64,000 nt of DNA from Hyphochytrium catenoides (taxonomy: Eukaryota; Protista; Hyphochytriomycota), in NCBI GenBank assembly GCA_900088475.1, contig FLMG01001193.1, forward strand, positions 62,001 to 126,000, read 5' to 3'. Shown here one piece after another: positions 13,782 to 26,235 of this stretch (position 1 is its first letter; every line of letters starts with the position of its first letter). The notes below the pieces were generated by a model, which was not told the origin of the DNA, did no database searches, and saw only the letters and a list, made by a program, of their open reading frames with translations. The translations under genes and the position numbers were made by a program.

Positions 13782-15435
13782 CTAATGGCTCCGAGCGACG
13801 CAAATAGCACCGGTAAGGTCGTCCACCGTGACTGCAAGCGGCAAGAGGACACCTAGAGCAGTGAACAGAAAGTGATACAGCTGCCCATTAGGAGTAGTAG
13901 AGAATGTTGTACCCTCACCTTCACAACGCACTTCGCTGATACAAATATAGTAGTAATGCGGAGCTTCCGTCTGCCGGCGCTTCCCTCTTAGAACAAGTCG
14001 CACTATACCTCCCAAGAAAAGAACGGGCTTCTTGAACTGGAATGTCTGGGGCTATATCGTTTTTTAGTGAGCTGCAAGATGTATGTCACATCTTCTGGTT
14101 TCCCCTTTCCTCCTTTCAACGTCTTCTCGTCCAGCACCTGCCTCTCTCTACCAAAGTCATCTTCCTTTCCTGCCAATCTTCTTTCTACATTTACCTTCCA
14201 GCTTTGCTCGAACCCAAATACAAGCGATCGCCCTATTCACGTCTCCTAAGGGAACTGCTCCTAGCTCCTGTCCAACCACCCACAAGCATGCTTTGAATTT
14301 CACAACCACAAACGCTCCTCCATTTTCCGCGCTCTCTGCCTACAACTTCTTGCTCAACTTCTCTAGTCTTTTTTGCCTTGAGCCCGCTTGTAAGAGTGTC
14401 AAGTCTTACCCGGAATTTGTTCTCCATATTGGACACCTCTGATTGAAAGTAAGGCTCAGTTGCCCCCGCCAGAAAGAATTCAAACTGCACTTGCTGAGGC
14501 CCATAGGTGGGCGCCGACGGGTGCCAATACGCTTGATAGGGAGTCACGCTTATGGAAGTGATAAGGGCAACATTGCCCTTAAGCGTATACTCGAGCCATT
14601 CTACTTGGTCTGGTGTCTCCGAGGGTTCACTGTGGACAATTCAGAAGAGTTAGATACCTACAGCAAGCCCTTAAGAAGACATCTGAAAGCACTACATATG
14701 TATAGCAGCATTTCTACTTGAAGAGGTTGCCGCACCTGCTCCAATAGCAAGGACTCCCAGACCCACTGCAGCCGCAGCGATACTGCAAGAGTTTGTAAAG
14801 CTGGATTAGTTGGTGAGGTGGAATCTCTGTTCTGCAATGCGTTATCATTTGCAAGCACGGAGACTTGGTGAGGGTAGTGTTGATCGACTCATCCTCATGA
14901 TCCTGACTCGATGGGTCTGGCCGGGTGGTCTTAGTGCAATGATCTTTAATCTCAAGATTGCGGAGAACCCACCTCCTGCTTCCTGGATGAGGTTCTTCTT
15001 CTGCCTCTTTGAGCCGAAGGCAATGGCTCTGTAGACATTGGGCCAAGTGGCATGGCCAATCTGGTTGATTGTAGGCACGAGAACGGTCGCCCGCCGACGA
15101 CAGTAAGCTGAGGGACAACAGAGTTAACATAAGGTTATTGAAGAGCAGACATATGTATGCAATACAGACGCGCTGCTATGACCCTAGCTAATTGTCTCCC
15201 CTAAGTTCCGCCTTACATGAAGATCTTGTTATCCGATGTAGAAACCGCGCACATTCTGCCACAAGCAGCTCCGTAGGAAAGTCAAAGAACTCCAGCAGGT
15301 ACTATGCAAAAGGGAGAAATAAAGACAATGCAGCGTCGTGAGGAATAGAGGCAAAACCTTCTCATATATCTACCGTACCTCGATAACAACGTCTGGTAGC
15401 CGCTGCAGGTAGCATGGCCTTCTTCCTTCAGCCAT
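13782..15435 (-). CDS. F-box protein of the plant At4g00755-like family, multi-exon
   Basis: N-terminal F-box-like LQRLPDVVIE|YLLEFFD. The C-terminal domain PSSQDHEDESINTTL...PCYWSSEPSETPDQVEWLEYTL...VTPYQAYWHPSAPTYGPQQVQF...FQFKKPVLFLGGIVRLVLRGK...YYYICISEVRCEG parallels the family motifs as I recall them (SYWSS, PFQAYFQPG.PIY, PEPVLCIGG, YYICVSHV). Confidence 0.75.
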
Positions 15436-16142
15436 GGCCGTGCAACCTATGGGTACGCTATCAACCTCCATCTCAGGATCAACGCTGGGCGGAGATGCCC
15501 ATGGCAAGGGTCGGCCCCAAGACGGGGCTGCCCCGCGGCGATCGTAAGGGTGGTATCGGAACAGCTTTCCTTATAGGTCGGAGAGGATAATAGACCGTCT
15601 CCCTGATAATCAGGCTGATCGGAGTCCCGAAGAGCTCCGTCTGTGAGCAAAATGTTATAAGAAAAGACTCTGCTCTCCTCTTAGGCAGCTGGGATAGATT
15701 CACTCCACGGATGAGCGACGTCAGTCAAGCCGTAGAACAGAGCTGCCATACTTCAAAGGCTGCAACAGATAGATGGGTGCTCAGGTCGCCCCTGATGATA
15801 GAGCTAGCGCCGTGCCCTCCTACTTTCAGGTTGACATGCGGGTGATATTGTGTGTAAATTTTCCAGATGCCTTTGTCTATGTCTATCAATAGAGATGCAA
15901 GGTTTCCCAGATCGTGACTGTGGACTTGGGATGCTGCACAGTGTTTGATGTGGTAAGAGGTGTGACTTGGGAGCTGTTAGTTCCTCTTCGCGCAGCATCC
16001 TCGGCTGCCGCTCATCTTGGAAGAACAAGCAAACGCACGTCTATTTCTCACTACAGAGATCCTACCTCTCATTGCTCTCCGCGTTGGTCTGGGATCGAGC
16101 GAGAGCTCCTGTAGAGGGAGTTGACATGGTCAAACTGCCGCA

Positions 16143-16234
16143 GGAGAGAAAGAGAAAGAGAGAGAGAGAACTGAGAGATTGAGGAAGAGACAAAGGGAGA
16201 CAAAGAAAGAGATAGAGACAGGGACAGAAGAGGG

Positions 16235-16272
<38 letters not shown>

Positions 16273-16305
16273 GAGACAGAGAGAGAGAGGAAGAGAGAGA
16301 GAGAG

Positions 16306-16350
<45 letters not shown>
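16143..16350. repeat. Imperfect (GA)n/(CT)n microsatellite, ~200 bp
   Basis: Long gagagaga tracts interrupted by gaca/gaa/ggg. Confidence 0.97.
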
Positions 16351-17323
16351 ACAAGAAGTTTGGTGGAAGCTTCTCATCTTGATGAGCACAAGCACATGGA
16401 GAAGTGAGCTTGGCCTCAAAGAATCGCCGCCCTCCCGCCAATCTAGCCTTACATCTCACTAAGGATAGCTGATCGTTAACCGACCAAATAAATTGGAGCT
16501 TTTTGGTCTCTCTCTTCCTCACTTTTCCTTCACACCATCATCATCACAGTAGGCCACATCGCCCACCCATCCGGCCTTGGGGGTATAGCTTTTATTGGTG
16601 CTTGCTTGATAATTGAATGTGCCCACCCGCCGCTCAAGGGGTGCAACCACATCAGAAACAAAGAAAAGGCCAAAGAGACAGGGCCTTGCTTGCGAGTGGG
16701 ACAAAAAGAGTGCGAAGAGAGAGTAGAATTGAGGGAATACAAGTATGGAATGTTGGCAGACAGAGCGACAGAGAGAAGCGCCCATCCAATGCTCATCTTG
16801 GTCTGACCAACTGAATAGGCGGCAATTTCCAACATCCTTGCAACTTCAAGCTCATCATCAGCGGCCAGCTAGCTTATCATCAAGACAACCGGAGATCACA
16901 GCGGGAGGAGACCAGACACCTGGAAGGAGCAAAGATCAAAGGAAGTCCGACATAAAGACATCAGGGTGAAGCCCACTCTGGTATACACTTCAAAGGATGG
17001 CAAGAGAGAGTTGAGCGATGTTGTTCCTCCTAGTCTTTCTATCTCCTCAAGTAAAGAGGACAACTTCTAAGTCGTACGGCTTCTAGCTCTTTATCATTGT
17101 GACGTCTTCAGCTGTTTTAACCCTTAGGTAACGGGCAGGGAGCTGCTATAAAAGTGCCCCTGTTGGTCACAGTGTGGGGGTGCGGAAAGCAGGCAGAAGA
17201 GTGATGACGAGAATGGCATCCACATGTTGCTTATGAAGCTCGATACGCCCACGACTTTGGTGATAAAAGGCACCTTGAGTAGCTCCTTCGCTTTCCTACC
17301 GTTCCTGGTCCCCGAAGGGCCAC

Positions 17324-17899
17324 ATGAGGTTCTTCTCGCCAACCAGTAATAATAGAGCTCACTTCTGCCGGGCCCTCAGCTCCGCGCAGCCACAGCGACA
17401 GCTCAGAGCCATTGTGGCTTGCTCGAGCAATTATGTAATAGGGTTCAAGGGCCGGCTACCTTGGCGCTTCGATTGCGATTGGACACATTTTTTAAGGACT
17501 ACAGCAGGAGGGGTCATCATTGTTGGTCGTCAGTCATATGAAGAGCTGAACTACGCCATCCCAGGAAGAGAGACTATCGTCATATCCAATTCAAGGCGTC
17601 GATTTCATGACGCAGTGCGTGCGGGATCCGTCGAAGATGCTCTGTCGATGGCCGAGGAGCATTGGCCAGCAAAGGACGTTTGGATATGTGGAGGTGAAAG
17701 GATTTATCAAGCAGGACTGCCATACTGTGGAGAGCTTTACATTACTCGAATTATGGCAGACTTTGAGGGTGACAGATATTTCCCTTCTTCGTGGAGAAAA
17801 GACTTCCCCGTACTTTTGACATCGCACGTGGAAGACGAGAGAGGCTATCGTTTGAATTTCGAATTGTACAGTAGGGCATCGCCGTTAGAAGAGCCTTAA
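17324..17899 (+). CDS. DHFR: Monofunctional dihydrofolate reductase, intronless, with ~26-aa N-terminal extension
   Basis: AIVACSSNYVIGFKGRLPW, catalytic-acid position (DCDW..F), IIVGRQSYE, IPGRETIVIS, VWICGGERIY, LYITRI..DFEGDRYFP. The stop at 17899 leaves no thymidylate synthase domain. Confidence 0.93.
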   Translation: MRFFSPTSNNRAHFCRALSSAQPQRQLRAIVACSSNYVIGFKGRLPWRFDCDWTHFLRTTAGGVIIVGRQSYEELNYAIPGRETIVISNSRRRFHDAVRAGSVEDALSMAEEHWPAKDVWICGGERIYQAGLPYCGELYITRIMADFEGDRYFPSSWRKDFPVLLTSHVEDERGYRLNFELYSRASPLEEP

Positions 17900-17971
17900 C
17901 GCGACGTGCAGTATATAGGAAAATTGGTGACCATAAGTAGTACTAGGGATGGTGAAGATTGTCACGCTTAG

Positions 17972-20689
17972 TTATTTTCTCCCTTGCTCTCCCTGCCCTG
18001 ATTCACTTTTATCCGTCTTTGCGAAAGAACCCGGTAGAGGTTGCAACGGAGCAGTTATTGACAGGGTTCCGCTCTGTTCGTCCTCGAGCACTGTTTTTAG
18101 GGCATCTAGGCACTTTACATATCGGGGAGCGAACGCCTTGAGCTCCGTTCTCTCCACCTTCAGAAGCCGCACAAAGTTGTTGTCTACTTTCTTCAAAAGG
18201 GTCCGGAAGGCTTTCTCCTACAGCCCAAATGATTAGAGATCTAGCTATTTCTACGCAGTAGTTGGGTTACCTGTCCTTTCCGCAGTAGCGTGACACAAGT
18301 CCCTCCCTGGCCCGCTCTGGCTGTTCTTCCTACTCTGTGGATATAAGTCTTCACATAAGTCGGCATGTCGTAGTTGATGACACACTCCATTTGTAGGTCC
18401 ATTCCTCTTGCCATTGCATCAGAGCAAACCAGGACCTGCGAGGCCATGATCTCAGTGGCTATTGCCCTCCAACTTCTCTATACTCTATATCTTACCTTAA
18501 TGCGGCCATCGCGACAGGCTTGGAGCAACCGGCTCCTCTTGGCCTGAGCGAGTTGTCCAGAATATTCTCCCACGGACCCTGACGTCACAATCAGCAATCT
18601 CATTAGGCCAGGAACCGACTGCGTTTAAGATATAGCCACTAAGACTCACCAGCGGACATGTAGAGCTGCAGTAGCCGTGTTAGACGGTGTGTAGACTCAA
18701 CGGAGGAGGTAAAAATAATGACGCGCTTGTTTGAATGTTCTCGAAGCAGAAGATGAATGAGAAAGAGAGGCTTTTCTCCGGTTTCGCATAAAAGCATGTA
18801 CTCGCTAAGTCCTTCAGGTGTCGAATATAAAGACTTCGTCCCAGACCGGTCCAAGAAGTCAAATTTGTCGTTAGCCTCTGACTGAGTGACCTTTTGATTA
18901 GAGGGGTCTCCGTCCACCAGCTGTTCCCTGGTAGTTGCGTAGTACTGTGGATAGAGTAATCCGAGAGCTGCAAGTTTCTTGGGGTTCCGGGTAAGCGTGG
19001 CCGAAAAGAGCATTCGTCTGAAGGGTGGGGCCATGGTGGAGCGCGTTAAGCCTGTCTCCGTTTCTGTCTTTGGCCTCGTTCTGACTGATGCAGGGTCAAA
19101 CTTCAAGGTGAGGTCTTCCTTCGCCAGCCTTTGGAGAACAGGCAAAAGTGAGGATCCGGGTGACTTTGGCAAACGCCCACTTTGTATAGTCAAGCATAAA
19201 GAGTGCTTGAATGCAAACGCACTAAGGTCTAAACCACGAGATCGTGATAACAGAACTTTTGATATCTTACCTAACCGTTCCTGGTTGCCTTCCATACGCC
19301 GAGTCGTATACCTTCGCTATCCAGTCGTAATAAGATTGATTTAGCAGCCTATCGGCCTCGTCCACCACTAGATAGCGTAGGTGTTGCAGAGTGAAGCCAG
19401 GAGTTTGACGTAAGTGGTCAATGAGTCTGCCCGGGGTCGCAACTAGTATATCAACCAGGCTACAGCCGCCACATATTTGCTGCTCGATCGTCAAGACCTT
19501 AGGTCCTTGCCCTGAAGCCTTTACCCCATGACTGGTCTCGTAGCCCGTTGCACCTATACCAAGTACTTCTTAGCGATATGACCCGAGATCAATAAAGTAT
19601 GACTATATCCAGCTTCTAAGTAGCTCCGAAACAGAAACAATGTATACAGTCCACTAGAGGCACATGGAAACGACAGAGGTAAGAAGGAGGGAGACGAGGG
19701 AGTACTGCCTACCGACTAAGTCCAACTGTTCGTCTGCAAAGTTAGATTGACCAATGGCAAGGCCCACCACAAGTTGGCTGCCAGCGCAGTAATGGTCAAA
19801 AACAGACTTCACCTGGATGGCGAGATCTCTACTAGGTACCACAACAAGAGCTCGGAGTCGGCAAATGGTGCGTTCCAGAAGGGCTTGGACGATTGGAAGG
19901 ACGTAGACTAGAGTCTTGCCCGACCCCGTTGGAGCAGATACACAGACATCGACGCCAAAACCTCCCGTAGGCAAGCCCTCTGTACGCATCACACCTGGTA
20001 TTGCCTGCCTCTGAATAGGGAAAAAAGACTTCATACCCGCTGCATGCAACCTTCCTATTAGGAAGCTATCAATGCCCCAAGCTTCACAATCCTCTTCGAT
20101 GGTTGACTGTACGCGCTCCGAAAGGTTCACCAGCCTCTTCTGAAGCCTTGCTCTCTGTGGTTCCTTGAAGTCCTGCTCACTTGCCTGAGATGCCCGTTTA
20201 GGGCTTGGAAGCCTTGGATCCTGTCTAACCGTTTTAGTGGTTTGCTCTTGCTCATCTTCGGGTCCTTCTGCCGAGCCCTTCTCAATCCCTTCATCCGCTA
20301 AAGGTTCAGATGTAAATCTAGCTGTTGCCTCCATTTTCGGCTTTGTTGGCTCCCCATGACTCTTAAGTCTGCTTTTTCCTGTATATAGCTTAGATTTTCC
20401 TCGACAGCTTGGCAATCGCAAAAACCAATTACCTGACTTTGCGCCCTGAGAGTGCCTCCGGTCAGCGAAGAAGTCACCGCCTGCATTGTGCTGCTTGTTG
20501 GTGACGTTCGTACGTCCATCGTCGTTCCCTTCAGTATCAGGCCGTGCTGCACGAGAAACCTTGTCAGGAAGAGCAATGCAATATAGTTGCAGACAGGTAC
20601 ACGGTCCCACCTCTTTTTCTCTTGTAAACTTTTGCCGGAGATGGCGAATGGCCCTCCCCACTGCCGTCGAAGCGCTTAACAGAGAACAT
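17972..20689 (-). CDS. DDX51: DEAD-box RNA helicase DDX51/Dbp6, multi-exon
   Basis: Start MFSVKRFD. Q-motif [81 protein letters not shown]; this combination is typical of Dbp6/DDX51. Confidence 0.9.
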
Positions 20690-21865
20690 CAATGCTCCTG
20701 CTTGAGGTGCACGCGGTGAGATGAAGATTAGTTTAGAATCTCTCTGCGCTTCAGCCACCCGGTATCACGAGTCCGAAAGCCACTAGGATGCACTACGTAA
20801 CTTTCATCCTGGGAGCAAGCGAGTCGCGTTGTAGCTGTTTCACATGCTGCTGCTCAACCAATCTGCTTCGTAGGTTGCTTCTCCCGATGACGATGGTTGA
20901 TGGTCAGTCTCTGTGTCTCTGTCGTAGGTCAGCGCGCTTCGCATCCCATCAACCATCACCGTCAGAGCCGCTAACGCCGCTTCAATGCAACTCCTGGGGG
21001 TTATACCACTCTCTCTAAACCCCCTTTAAATCGTTTCCGGCCACTATCCTCACATGAAATCACCTAGATTGACGAGGGACTCACAGATCAGATCTGGTAG
21101 CTCTTTGGCCTCTCTTCGTACCGAGCAGCCTCAAGTTTGGCTGCGGAAGAGGTTTAGGAAGAGAGTGAGGATGTGGTTAATAATAAGGGTCATAACATAA
21201 CCTTTGTATTACTTTAGGGTTAAGGGGGCGGCGTATTCTCAGATGCTAGGCGGCATTCTGGAAGGCTGTGCTCCTTACAGATCCAAAGCTCTGGAGCAAG
21301 TAAGAGCACTATACAGAGTAGGAAGTAAGAGTATCGTGCAGAGAAGCTTCGTGAGGACGGCAAAGAGATGAGATACATCCAGACGGCGGAAGGATAGAGT
21401 TGGCGCGAGAGAGACAGAGAGCGAGAGAAGACAAAGCGAGACCGGCACACCAGAGAAAGAGAAGAGAGCTCGTTTCCTGGAAGTGTGGCTGAAGAACTCT
21501 GGAGGCTGCAGCCACGAAAGGGGCTTACTTTTAGTTTGCTGCACCTCCTTCCTGGTCCTATCGACAGCCGCCACTTACGAGTTGCGTTGAGTAGCTGTCA
21601 GTCATCTTCCAGCTACCTCCTTACCATTTATTGACCCGCAGACAGTTCTCTCAGAACCAAGCAAGTCGACCTCGTCTTAGCCTCAGATAGTCCTAAAATC
21701 TCACCGAAATAAGGTCTTTGGCATCTTTAACGCGGGGCGAACTAGAGCGGTTGCTTCCTCAGCTAGGAGTTAGGAACGTTTGAGTAAACTATTAGACTTT
21801 GTGAAGAAGTGTAGACTGTAAGCACTCTGTCTATCTGTTGTTTGGCAGCTCAAAACTAACCTGCA

Positions 21866-23872
21866 ATGGCGCTTCATAGGGTCAGCATGGCATCAAACGT
21901 AGCAGCCGCAGGATATCAAAATGGCCGCGATGAGGCAGGAGAAGAGGACTGGAAAGTCGGGCTCAGGACCCCAGCTCCTGACAATCGCTATAAGACTGAG
22001 GTAGGTATTGAGATTATAGTCTCCTATAGGCCTCCTTTGACTCATCACATTTTCTACTACTGAATGCAGGACGTGACGAACGTGAAAGGTAGCTGAATAT
22101 CGACTTGCCTAATCACATCAAACCTAGTATATTGATTGGCGCTACGTAGGCAATGAGTTCGAAGACTATTTCCTGAAGAGAGAGTTGCTGATGGGCATTT
22201 TTGAGAAGGGCTTTGAACGACCATCCCCAATCCAAGAAGAAGCCATCCCCATCATCCTTGCAGGAAGAAACGTCCTTGCTCGTGCAAAGAATGGCACCGG
22301 AAAGACTGCTGCCTTCATCATCCCATGTTTGGAGAAAACTGACACAGCAAAGAACTACATCCAAGGTAGATTGTCTTAAAAAAGTCACTCTTGCATCATC
22401 CCACTGACAAACTCTTGTTGGCTCATCTCATAAGTGCTTATCCTCGTACCTACACGCGAGCTAGCACTACAGACTTCTGCTATTGTTAAGGAGATAGGCA
22501 AACATATGGGAGTAGAATGTATGGTGTCTACCGGAGGAACCAGCCTGAAGGATGATATTATGAGACTGTACAACACTGTTCATATTCTTGTCGGCACTCC
22601 GGGTCGAATTCTGGATCTCGCCAACAAGGGGGTTGCCAACCTCTCTCGATGCTCTATATGTGTGATGGACGAGGTAAGTTCGACGTTCCATCTTGAAGGG
22701 TTTAATCGCAGCTCATGCTCCCTCACTTCTATTCATTCTACCTTCAGGCCGATAAGCTCCTCTCCCCTGAATTCCAGCCAATCCTTGAGCAGCTCTTGGG
22801 CTTCTGTGCTTCAGATAAGCAGATTTGTCTCTTCTCTGCAACATTCCCAGTGACGGTAAAGGCCTTCAAGGACAAGCACATCAAAAATCCCTACGAGATC
22901 AATCTTATGGACGAGCTGACGCTCAAGGGTGTCACCCAGTACTACGCTTTCGTTGAGGAGAGACAGAAAGTCCATTGTTTGAACACCCTCTTCTCAAAGG
23001 TATGCTTCTTGCGCCAAGAATATTTCTTCTCTAAACTTAGGGGCTTGTTAGAGCGCCTGCTGTGCTATGCTTGTCGACAGTGGCTGTTCACGTATGTGGC
23101 TATGCACCTCGTTTTAGATAGCCCTCCTCGCCCGCTACCTTGTGCAGGTTCCCGATTGCATCTTTCCTGTCCTAATTCAGCAGTTGCCGCACTGAGTCAC
23201 TCACAGTATTCCTGCATCACATTTATCTCCCTCTCTCTCTCTCCTGTCCGTGTCCCTCTTATAGCTCGAGATCAACCAATCCATAATCTTCTGTAACTCT
23301 GTCAACCGTGTGGAGCTCCTCGCCAAGAAGATCACTGAACTAGGCTATTCTTGCTTCTACATCCACGCCAAAATGCTTCAGTCTCATCGCAACCGCGTAT
23401 TCCATGAGTTTAGGAATGGAGCCACACGCCATCTGGTGTCTTCAGGTAAGCCGCGACTGGCAACTCAGCTTTTTTTAGCTTGGGTTGCGTCTTTACCCTT
23501 TTAAGTATGGTGGGAAGATCGCCGTCCTGCACCAAAAGGGTCTCGATCTGTCATGTCTTCATCGCTTGTTACCTTTCCCTACTCGCTTACCGACACTGTC
23601 GCCGATTTGTCTACAAACTACCTTGCACAGACCTCTTCACCCGCGGTATCGATATCCAGTCCGTCAATGTAGTCATCAACTTTGACTTCCCAAAGAACTC
23701 TGAGACATACCTGCACAGAATCGGGCGCTCTGGACGCTTTGGTCATCTTGGACTTGCAATCAACCTGATCACCTATGATGACCGATTCAATCTTTACCGT
23801 ATTGAGCAGGAGCTAGGAACTGAGATACGCCCTATTCCCGCTTCCATTGATAGAAACCTCTACTGTCGTTGA
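21866..23872 (+). CDS. DDX6: DEAD-box RNA helicase DDX6/Dhh1/Me31B, multi-exon
   Basis: [100 protein letters not shown]. Confidence 0.98.
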
Positions 23873-24262
23873 TCGCGATACGAGTGGCAGGGCGAAGGGG
23901 TGAGTTAGGAAGAACTGTGTTTGATGGGTTGTCAGGGGCTAGGATTGGCGTCGGTTGCTGAGAGGAAATGACCTGCTGAGGGTAACGTTTTGCGCTCTTT
24001 GTATTATGTGTGGTTAGGGGCCTTAAGACTGAAGCATCGGAAGCCAACCTTACATGTGCCCATAACTATGAATAAAGCAATCTCAGACCCAGTGTCCGAC
24101 GTCTTCTTGGAAAGGCTTGCAGTATACCCCACGCAGCCTCTGCCATCTTTCCACTTGATGAGCTTTAGTCGACTGCTCTAATAAAAATATCATGTTCATT
24201 TCTAGACGTGAGTCTAGAGAGCAGCGTATACTTTCAAATATCCCACTCCAGTAGGTTCCTTT

Positions 24263-25389
24263 CTACTGCTCTTGGTTCTCAGTTACTGGAGCCTTCACTG
24301 TGCCCACCTGCGCGGGTCGGAGGAGCCTCTGGTTGAGCAGGTAGCCCACCTTCATGATCTGACCAATCGTGCCCGGCTCTTTGTTTGAATCCTCGTACTC
24401 GAACATCGCATCATGGAATTGTGGGTCAAACTTCTCGCCGACAGCTCCCACCTGCACGATAGCCTGGTAAGTAGGAGCCTCCAAACCAGAGCTGTGGAGT
24501 AGAGTCGGTATGCCTTGTTCGTTGCTAATTTCTAGCTTTTCTTATCCCTCGCGATTGCCAGCTCCCGTGTACCTGCGATACTACTTTTTCCGCCCCCACT
24601 CCTTTGCAACACTCTTCGAGGCTTCTATCCTGAGACGGCGTACAGCCGATCGTCATCCGTTCACTGACGGACGTACCTTAGTAACACCAAACTGCCTAAA
24701 TGCTTTCTGCAGCTGATCATCGGTCATCTTGACACCTTGTAAAAGCGCTCCCAACGGGGAGTTAGGGTCCTCAGGCTCGGAGACGGAGTTTACCGCTCTC
24801 TCAAGATTGTCAGCCACGTCGAGCAAGCTCTTCGCGAAGCTCTGAATAGAGAACTCCCTGATAATGAAGCCATCGTGAGGAGAGTGGATTCGACGTCATC
24901 AAGACAGAAATCCCAGGCAAAGGAAAGCTACAGCTGGGGAAGACACTTTGATCTACCTGGCAGTTTGAACATCCCTAGCCGCTATCCTCCTCACGTTCTC
25001 CATCTCCGCTAGAGCCCTAAGCACTCGATCTTGCAGCTCCTTGTTCCTTTCCTCCAATTCAGCGATCTTGGCTTCAGAAGTGGGTGGCTGCTGCCCTGGC
25101 TCAGCCACCTTCTCACTCTCTTCTGATAATCCAAAGGAGGAGTGAGGAACACAATTCTTTTTGTGCTTGAACAATAGGGACTGTGTACAGAGCTCTGTTT
25201 ACCTTGGGAAGTCGTCTGGTCTGTCTGATCCTTCTTCTCTTCATTGGCCCGAAATTTTGAGGTGGTGTAAGATCTGGTTGACAGCGGGCTCCCAAAGCTT
25301 GACAACGAGGCACTTCTCAGCGCTGGCTTTACAAGCGCCTGTGGCTGCCTTCTCAGTAGTGCGGCACCAAGCTGCTTAGTGAGCATCAT
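24263..25389 (-). CDS. GRPE: Mitochondrial GrpE nucleotide-exchange factor (Mge1), multi-exon
   Basis: Arg/Ser-rich presequence, RALAEMENVRR, FAKSLLDVADNLERA, GEKFDPQFHDAM, KVGYLLNQRLLRPAQVG. Confidence 0.95.
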
Positions 25390-26235
25390 CCTTCTTAGAA
25401 TGTTTTCCTGTCACGTGGGGTAACTAAGACGGATTGACTCGGCAACTTCGTAGACGATATCCTAAGCCTCAGTGTCGGAACGTGCTTCAGTATATGCTAT
25501 GAATGGTTAACAGCTTCAAGAGATGGAGAGCATGGACAGCGCTCTGAAGGTCTGGACACTCTTCGTTCCTGCAGAGACCTGGAGCCCACATCACGTCGAT
25601 CATTCTTCACATGAGAACTTTGTTGAACAATGGCCGTTAGCGGCCTCCCAATCGCTCTTTCTACACCCTGCTCCCGTGGTTTCGGCCATTCATTCTTGCT
25701 CACACTTCAACGGAAGCTCCAGTGGCTCATCTACCAGGCACCTGAAGATTCCAGAAGGCGATGTTTGAAGCTTTCAGCTTCTGATGATGGAGCTGGCCAA
25801 ATAACGATGGCCGATGATCAGGAGCTTTTGCTAACACGTGAGACTCTCCTTCAAAGCCTATTACACTATTGTGAGAGAAGATGGCTAGGCTGTTGACTTG
25901 TGGAAGAGTCCTCATCTTGCATCTTACGCTAGAGACGACCTCACGGGTCTTTTTAGTGACGAGTCACAGGCTGCCCTGTGCTTTATGGTAGCGGATGCAG
26001 CCTTTAGGTCCCAACGTCTGGTTGACAGGCGATGAAAGCGAAATGTCCTGTCATCCAGCTCTCACGAGCGCTGACTTTGTATTATAAATAAAGATAACAG
26101 ATGAAATTGGGCTAACCCTTTGTCGGACACTTTCAAAGCGGCCACCTGAAAGCGTTCATCGATAAGAGAGACTATTAAACGACGGAATGAAACCGTGGTC
26201 CCTTGCCGCTCAACAAGTACTCTGTCCTTTTGATT

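Noticed and set aside
16069-16522. ORFs with SLSLSL / RERERE runs
   Set aside because: Translations of the (GA)n microsatellite.
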